A DNA stretch of 64,000 nt from contig OZ024743.1 in NCBI GenBank assembly GCA_964016885.1, forward strand, positions 359,042,001-359,106,000. The letters run 5' to 3'. A program made the translations under genes and the position numbers. The notes beneath the pieces are model-generated. The model did no database searches. It saw only the letters and a list, made by a program, of their open reading frames with translations, and was not told the origin of the DNA. Of this stretch, positions 55,901 through 64,000 are shown piece after piece (within the stretch, counting starts at the first letter, position 1; each line of letters begins with the position of its first letter). The DNA is from Eledone cirrhosa (Eukaryota).

Positions 55901-57847
55901 GATATATATATATATATATGCATTCCGATCTCCTTCTCTCTCTTTATTCTTTACTGGTTTCAGTCATTGCCTTCACGAGATTTAGTGGATCAAATCAAAC
56001 CAGGCACTTCTTTAAAATCCTATACGTAATTTAACAATCTCTATTTGCCGAACTAAGTAAACGTAAACACAGACAGACAGACATACAGCCAGACATACAG
56101 CCAGACACACACCCACACAGAGACAAACATGCTTATATAATCATGCTGTGACACAAAATCTGTGTGAACAAGAGGATGGAAAAAGACTATTCAATACAAA
56201 AAGCAGAATTATGTTAGATTGGAAAATTTAAAAATCGTTAATCCGAGGTAATAGTTTTCACTTTTCCTATGATTGTGCAAAAGATCATTAGTGAAAAGGT
56301 CGAAGTATCGATTTGTGAAGTTTCTAGCTTCCAATAAACATAATATAATATAATATAATATAATATAATATAATATAATATAATGCAACATAATATAATA
56401 TGATATAATTTCTTTCCGTGTTTGAAACGATGAGTTTTCAGACTTCACTGCAAACTAACAACTGTACTTTAGTTTTACCCGGGAAGTTTTATTTACACGG
56501 TACTTCGTCATTATCTACTCGTAACAGCTATTTTGCAGCTTGGAATATTGGAAGTGATACTCCTTGCTATGAATAGTCATGTGATATGAGCTATGAAGTT
56601 TTCAGTTGAAAGAATCCCCAACACTGAAACCTAATTCCAATCATAGAGATTAGACGAGTTGAGAGATTAGGAAAGTTGAGTCACTAACTAGCCGAAGAGA
56701 CTGTAGTTTGTACCCTAATACTGACATTAGCTACAGTAGGTAGCTAATGAGGTAAAAAAACCTGAACGTTATAAGCAGACATCACTATTAGTTTGTGGGT
56801 AGAATAGTTAGTTCACACTGCTACGTTCAAGGCCCCATGTAACTTGGACTATGTTAAAATAGTCAGTACTATAACCATTAAAATAAAGTGGACGCGAAAT
56901 GTGACTCAATCATTTGTAATTCACTCATTATTCAACTAGTTTAAAAAATACAAGCTACAAAAAATTCATATATAGAAAAAAATTATATGGAATTTAAATT
57001 TTCCAACCATTTCCTATTGCATATATGTAAGCTGGGTTCAATGACACATTTCATCTAAGCCATTCCCAGTAGGCTTAATACACCAAAGAAATGATGCTTT
57101 CAATTACGCATTTTCAACAAACTCACTTTTGAAGTGTTTGGTTATTTTACTCGGCAATTACTTAAAGTGTTTGCCACTTTTGTTGAAGCATTTAAAATGC
57201 AGTGACTTTATGTACACATTTGGACACTTCTAGCACACATTAAATTTCCATTTAGTGAAAGGTATTTCCGAAAAAAAAAGAAAGAACAACAACATCATAG
57301 TAATATTCATGTCCAACTTCTTCATATTCTCCACAATCTGAAAGCTTCATAATCTATTTCCCAAAGGTAGTTTATAACTCTTGCATTATTCATAATTCTA
57401 TGACTTTATGCATTATTCAGAATGCCATCAGCTTAATTTCTTAACTGTCGAAAGCTTTACCATATAAATATAGAGCAACACAGACCAACACTTACATTGG
57501 TGGACTTCTATCATAAATTTCTAAATGATTATAGAAATTTTGGGATAAAAAAAAATACATCATAAATAAAGCCCAGTTGATAGTAACGTTATTCTTTTGT
57601 GGAGTATATTGTCAGAATAAAAGTTAAATGCTATTTTGACTAGACGTTGGTTTTACACATAGGCATGTAAGCTCACATTTGTAAAGTTAACGTGTACAAC
57701 ACTGACGATATCATGAACATCTCAAAACAAGGGATATTTTATATTTTCTAATTTCCATGTAGTTGTAAATGTGGGGCCGTGCCTTGGGCATTGTAAAGCT
57801 GGTAGAGCCCATTCTTCTTTAGGTCTGAACACAACCAAATTCTTCTG

Positions 57848-57883
57848 GATAGATAGATAGATAGATAGAGAGAGAGAGGAAGA

Positions 57884-57945
<62 letters not shown>

Positions 57946-57950
57946 GAGAG
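57848..57950. repeat. (GATA)n/(GA)n microsatellite
   Basis: Direct reading. Confidence 0.95.
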
Positions 57951-58728
57951 AAAAGAAGAATTGGTTCCTGTATTATACTTGCGCATTATTTATCGATCTC
58001 GAAATACTGAAAAGCAAAGTTGATAGTGAGAGGATCTCAGAGCGCAGATAGACGGGACGAATACTACAAAGTATTCTACCTGACGTTCTATCCATCAATT
58101 CACTGCCTTCCATTGTTCTTATACAACATAACTATCTGCAATAGACAAGATGTGTATATAGTTAATTTATGTGGAAATTCAATATTTTTTTTCATTTAGA
58201 AAGAAAATTTTCAATCTAAAAATTGCCATCTAACCGAAATTGCCTGCGGTCTTTCATTTATAGATTAACTCTGGTTCAACGTTGGTTCAATGTTGTTAAA
58301 CATTTCCGATAAGATGTACTGTTAGCAACATCAACAGCTACCAATAATTTTTAGTCGACATTCAATTTCATCGATAGCAAATTAACTTCAAGTATACGGA
58401 AATTAAGTCTGAGTATCTTTACCTTTGTTGGATACTCTAGATGATTCTTGAGACAAGATTCAAGCCTATTAATTAAACTATTATCCTTTTTCTTGCCACA
58501 TGAAAGGCAGCAGCATCCCATACAATTAAAAACCACTACCCGCAAAAGCGAGCTCTGCGGTTAGGAGTGTAAATAATTTATATGTAGTGTATGCACCTTC
58601 ACACGGACAAGCTCAACATTTTGCATCACTTATATAGATTCAAGTATTTCTATATATCTATGGAGATCTATTTCGCAGTGTATATACATAGTTGTGCAAG
58701 CATATACACACGTACATAAATAGTCCAC

Positions 58729-58762
<34 letters not shown>

Positions 58763-58825
58763 TGTATGTATGTATGTATGTATGTATGTATGTATGTATG
58801 TATGTATGTATGTATGTATGTATGT

Positions 58826-59358
58826 CGGGTCACTCTTGAGTGCTACTGGTAACATGTAACCCAGTACAACCTGTCGCATGGTCGGGTCGTCGGCGACTAA
58901 ACCGGCAACCCCACCAAGTTTACTTGGTGAGGAGGGGGATTTTGGACACCCTGCAGGACAAAAAACAAAACCTGACAAAGGGCGGAAGAACTCGTAAGAG
59001 TCAACGGCCATCCGAAAGTGTGTAAATATGTATATACACCTGTACCGCGCGGTTAAACCACTGGGAGTGAAGGACCCCTAGCCTTTGTCAGGGCATTCTT
59101 CTAGGAGAAGGCAACTCAGGAAACTGGGATAACTCCGATATAAAACCTGCGGCTCAGTAGTTACCGATGATGTTGATCTTTTCTTCTTTTCGGGTTATAG
59201 CTACTGTCGCTCAGAGAGTGGGATTGGCTCAGTGCACAGTCTTTCCTCACTTTAAAAAATATCTTCACGCACAGACGTTGCACGATAGAATTAATTAATA
59301 ATTATCAATAATGGTATATCGTGCAATGGCCTTACTCGATAACGAGGGGGGAGCCATC
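58826..59358 (+). mobile_element. Full-length non-autonomous RTE-derived element (family B) in (TATG)n
   Basis: 5' ~190 bp homologous to family A; ttctaggagaaggcaactc motif; 3' stem-loop ctcgataacgag and (atgt)n tail. Confidence 0.82.
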
Positions 59359-59389
59359 ATGTATGTATGTATGAATGTTTCTCTTTCTC

Positions 59390-61800
59390 TTAATTTCGAG
59401 TACATTTTTGACCGGCCACCTTCCTGGTGGCAAGGTTGTAAAAGAAAAGAAATTGTCATCTCTTGAATCGCAATAATGATTTGCAAATGTTGATCGTGCC
59501 AGCTATTGCAGCCATTTGTAGTCTATAAATTAGGGAGCTGTGCTCTTTGTCAACAAATCCAAGTTCAGTTATACTTTGGTCCAAGCGGGTTGATATATAA
59601 TCTGTAGCTCCAATAATGATGAGTATGAAGCTGAAGGTGTATCTTGGATACTGGATCTGCAAACTCCTCCTCAATGGTCCGTAGATATCCTCCTCTTGTA
59701 TTTTTCTTACAACGTTGACATCAAGTGGGCAGCTGAGCACGTTTTCAATGTGTGGTCCCAAACAACAATACCAGACCTGTTGTGCTTTAATTTGGTCGTA
59801 GATTTTATTTTCAGGTTCCACCACTATTCCTTAGTGCCATCTATCTCAACATATTCCTCAACATTTATTTTTAATTTTGTTTTCTTAAGTGTGTTCCAGA
59901 TGGTTCTAGTTATCACATCGTGTCTCATTGGGAGGTAGTAACGAGACGACATTCTTTCGCAGTTGGCAACAATGTGCCTAACATCTTCGATCTTTGTTTT
60001 ACATAGCCTACCTACATTTATTGTCGAGTGATGGCCCTCCTCTTTTGTGTAGCAGATATTTGGTAGGGATTTCTTGTTCTTGTATTGCATAGAGATATCA
60101 TTGAAGGTGGGATGTCGTAAATTTATCGGAACTCCATGCCAGGCTTTTTGAAGGATTTATCCCCTCTATGGTCTGTGTTTTCGTCTCAGGTACCCATGCA
60201 CAACTGTAAATTGGTCCATTTTAAAAATCTTGTTTGAACATTGAATAGGATCTTCCAATTTCCCTGGGAGAGAGATTAATATCAGGCCTTATTCCATATC
60301 TCTCCTCTAGATCAGTGGCTATCCTAATATTATTTCCTTCATGCTCATAAATCTGGGCAAGATGGTTGCTGACCTTTTTCTACTGCTGAAGATGTTGCTT
60401 CAGTGTTACTATCCGGGTCTCGTATGATGTTAATATGGATTCTAAACCCCGGCCACCTTCCTTGCATGAGAAGTATAGCCTATCCACATCATCATTGATG
60501 TTAAAGTTTCCATTAACACTGAGAAGCTTGCGAGTTCTTACATCCATCTCACCTATTTCTTGCAATGACCAATTCAGCAGGCCAAATGTTGGCATTAGGA
60601 TTGGCACAGCATAAGTATTGTGGGTAATATATTTGTTGTACGCTGATAGTTCTGATGACCATATTTTCTTTACTCTCCTGAGGTATTCAGTTCTAGTTCT
60701 CTCCTTATTTATGGGTCCATCATATTTGACATTCTCATCCTCTCCAAGATATCCGTAGTTGTCACCTGACTGTAGATGTTATATTGTCAAGCCGTTCGTC
60801 TCTAGATTTCTAGAGGGCACAACCCTTCCACGTTTTACTGTCAAATATGCACATTTGGACTCACCAAATTTCAGTCTGATGTCTTCAGAAAATTGTGTAA
60901 TGAGGATGAGGTCCAATTGTTTTTTAATATAGTTGGTATTTAGTTCATACAACTTCAGGTCATCAAAAAAAGAAAAGATGGGAGATACTTCTGGACCCAC
61001 TACTATGACCACTTTGTTTTGTGAGCAGGTATGATAGTGGGTCTAGTGAGAGGACGAAGAGCGGCACAGATGAGTGTATCGCATAAGTCTTAATTTGCTC
61101 TTCTCACCCCTAAGGATCAAATTGGTGTACCAGTTCTTGGTCAGGCGTTCAACAGCAGCTACTAGTGGTTGTGGGACTTTAGCTAACTGTAAAGCCTTAA
61201 TAACCCACATCCATCCACCCATGAGGTACACTATCAAAAACCTTCTGATAGTCCAGCCACACCACAGTCATGTTCCTGCGATTCTTTGCTGTTTTTCCTT
61301 GTATTATTTTATTTGTTAGTTGGTGATCTATGCAACCCCACACCTCCTTCTTTCCACCATCTTGCTCAGGTGTTATAATGTTGTTGGTGGCACAATGATC
61401 CTGTAAGAACAGATTATGGCACCCAGTGTATAATTTATACATGCTCTTCTGGCAGGCTATTGGGCAGTAATTTGTAGCAAGGGAGGTCTGGCTATTTTTG
61501 GGGGATGAGGAGAGTAGTGGCAGTTGACAACCATTGGGGCAGTTCTTGTGTGCCTTTGATGGTTTCTCTAAACAGCTGTACGAGATCTTACCGATAGAAG
61601 GTGAAATTCGTTAGCCAGTATCCTGTTATGAGGTCTAGGCCTGGTGATTTCTTCTTCTACATTTTCTGTAGAGCTGTTTCCAGTATTGACCTATCTATGT
61701 CATATTGTTTTGTTTTGACATGCTGGCTGTATTCCTGTTCCAGTTCTTTTAGCCATTTATTTTTTTTGTTAAATCCGTCATTGTATGCTGCATTTTAGAA
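59390..61800 (-). pseudogene. Heavily decayed R4/Dong-like RT-RLE LINE
   Basis: WLDYQKVFDSVPH, FFDDLKLY, FGESKCA, DVDRLY..EGGRGL, HIVANC..YYLPMRHD, IIIGA; many frameshifts. Confidence 0.85.
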
Positions 61801-63546
61801 CTACAGTGATAGGTGAGGTACTTCGTCTCAGGGACAAAATTTTGTTTTTTAAATTACGCATCCAGCTGGTTCAGGCTTTCTGTTGTGTCTTGGTCGCGTA
61901 GCTTTAGGTATCTATGATAGGATAGCAAAGTGATAGCTGAAACATATAATAAAATATACGTCGTTTCCACACATTTGGACCGTGTGGCCTTCAGGTAATT
62001 GTCAGCTATTTCGTTCACTGCCTCCAATTCCAATTTAGTGAGTTTATTGATTTCTTATATTACTTCATTTACAATGCTAAGATTCTGGGATAGACATGGA
62101 TGTCGATCTTCAACATTCTTCCGGTCATTTCTGTAAAAAATATAAATTTGTATCTACCACTTACGTTCTTTCTTTCATTCCATCAGCCTTTGATAAATTA
62201 AATAATTGTGATGTGAATTTAATAGAACCTAATTAGTTCCCAAAATGAAGCACAGCGAGGTAGAAACAACGAATTGTAATACAAATATTAGAATATCTAT
62301 TACAGATGAAACGTTACGGAATTTGAATAAATATTATGTGAAAAATTAATATGGTGTGTTTTAATTATTGATGAGAAAATAAGTTCTCTACCTTACAAAA
62401 AGAACGAAAACAACCAACAAGAATGAAGCTTACAAGAATTTCCTATCTCGAGAAAAGTATTGTTTTCTTTATTGTCCGCTACTCGTGTTTGTTTTCCGAT
62501 GCCAATAAACCGGGCAACCAAGAACCGGTCCTATAAAGGTGGGACCTTGTATATTAACAATAAACGAATAATTTAATAATTAAAAACGAACCAAAGAGGG
62601 AATACCAACGTTGTCACTCCACTCAACCTGCTAGAAATAGTAACCGAATTTTTTGAAATCACACCCTACAGTTTCTTTTCTAATGAAATACAATTTGCAC
62701 AATACAATGTTTGGTATGCAAAAAGACGGAATGATACTGAGTGGAAAGCCTTTGGTCATAGATTTACTTAAACAGTACTGAATTAGGCTAACAACAATAG
62801 CGAAAACTAAACCAGCAGACGAGGGATCTTCAATATGACCACTTTACCAACTAGAAATAGCAGCTAAATCTACGCCAAATTACACGCTGCTGTCTTAAAT
62901 AAAGGATGCGTTGGATAATTCAGTTCTAGTAGCCTGGAAAATATATCGAATGGTCATAGCTATAATTACTTTGATAATAGGTTTGCTTAATAAGGGCTGA
63001 CCTACAACTAACCAATATAGCACCATCAACAGTAGTAACATCAGTATCAACAATAACAACAATGCTAACGACAACAATAACAGTTAAATTGCTTACTATA
63101 CAATTCTAGAATGAATAAACGAAGAATATTTATTATATTAATAATTAGACATCAAATCTATAAATAGGCCATTGAAATAACTGTAACCGCTCAACCGGTC
63201 TCACTGGTTTCTGTAACAATCTTAATAAAAATTCGATTTAATCATATCGAATGACAAGTACCTTAGAATAGGGAGTAAATAATCGGAGAGTAAAGTTTCA
63301 GTTCCTGTTTGAAGCTAATCATTTTTATTTAAACCCATCTAATTCTATTGAGTAAGAAATTCATTTAATTCCCTTTTGTCTCCGAATAAATGGCCTTTCG
63401 CTCAAATAAGAAATCAATTTTACTCATGTCCATGATCATTAAATGGTATCAAATATCCAATTCAGCACAACGAGATAATGAATTGAATTTTGAATTTTGA
63501 AATTTATTATAAAACCGAATACCAGGCATCTAACAACCCGTATTAT

Positions 63547-64000
<454 letters not shown>

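Noticed and set aside
58351-58521. Minus-strand MGCCCLSCGKKK... small ORF with an AG/GTAAAG donor-like site (lipidation-like N-terminus)
   Set aside because: No homology evidence, and splicing to the nearest plausible acceptor (~57826) gives an immediate stop; needs RNA-seq.

Overview
This window is AT-rich, microsatellite-saturated eukaryotic DNA, most likely cephalopod (Octopus-like, inferred from the tRNA-derived SINE family). I cannot support any host protein-coding gene. Most entries in the ORF track are artefacts of (CA)n/(TA)n/(TATG)n repeats and bacterial start-codon rules. The window is mostly retroelements. There is a near-intact R4/Dong-type RT+RLE LINE in (TAA)n (5.0-8.8 kb) plus decayed relatives, and RTE LINE fragments with C-terminal C2H2 fingers. 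A ~0.6 kb non-autonomous RTE derivative sits repeatedly in (TATG)n. Also present are tRNA-SINEs, two mariner-type MITEs, a Helitron/Helentron-like element and L1/Tx1 fragments. From ~22 to ~53 kb lies a (TA)n-embedded cluster of Penelope-like elements (PLEs) of at least three protein types, with large inverted repeats, including an 8.2 kb fold-back with ~3.9 kb arms. The most notable signal is RNA-level: more than a dozen hammerhead ribozyme (HHR) motifs readable by eye. These include a ~430-480 bp tandem/inverted non-coding unit carrying a minimal type I HHR and a conserved octamer (ATGCAAAT), i.e. a candidate retrozyme family, one array of which is interrupted by a PLE. All calls are from manual reading and no database searches were run.
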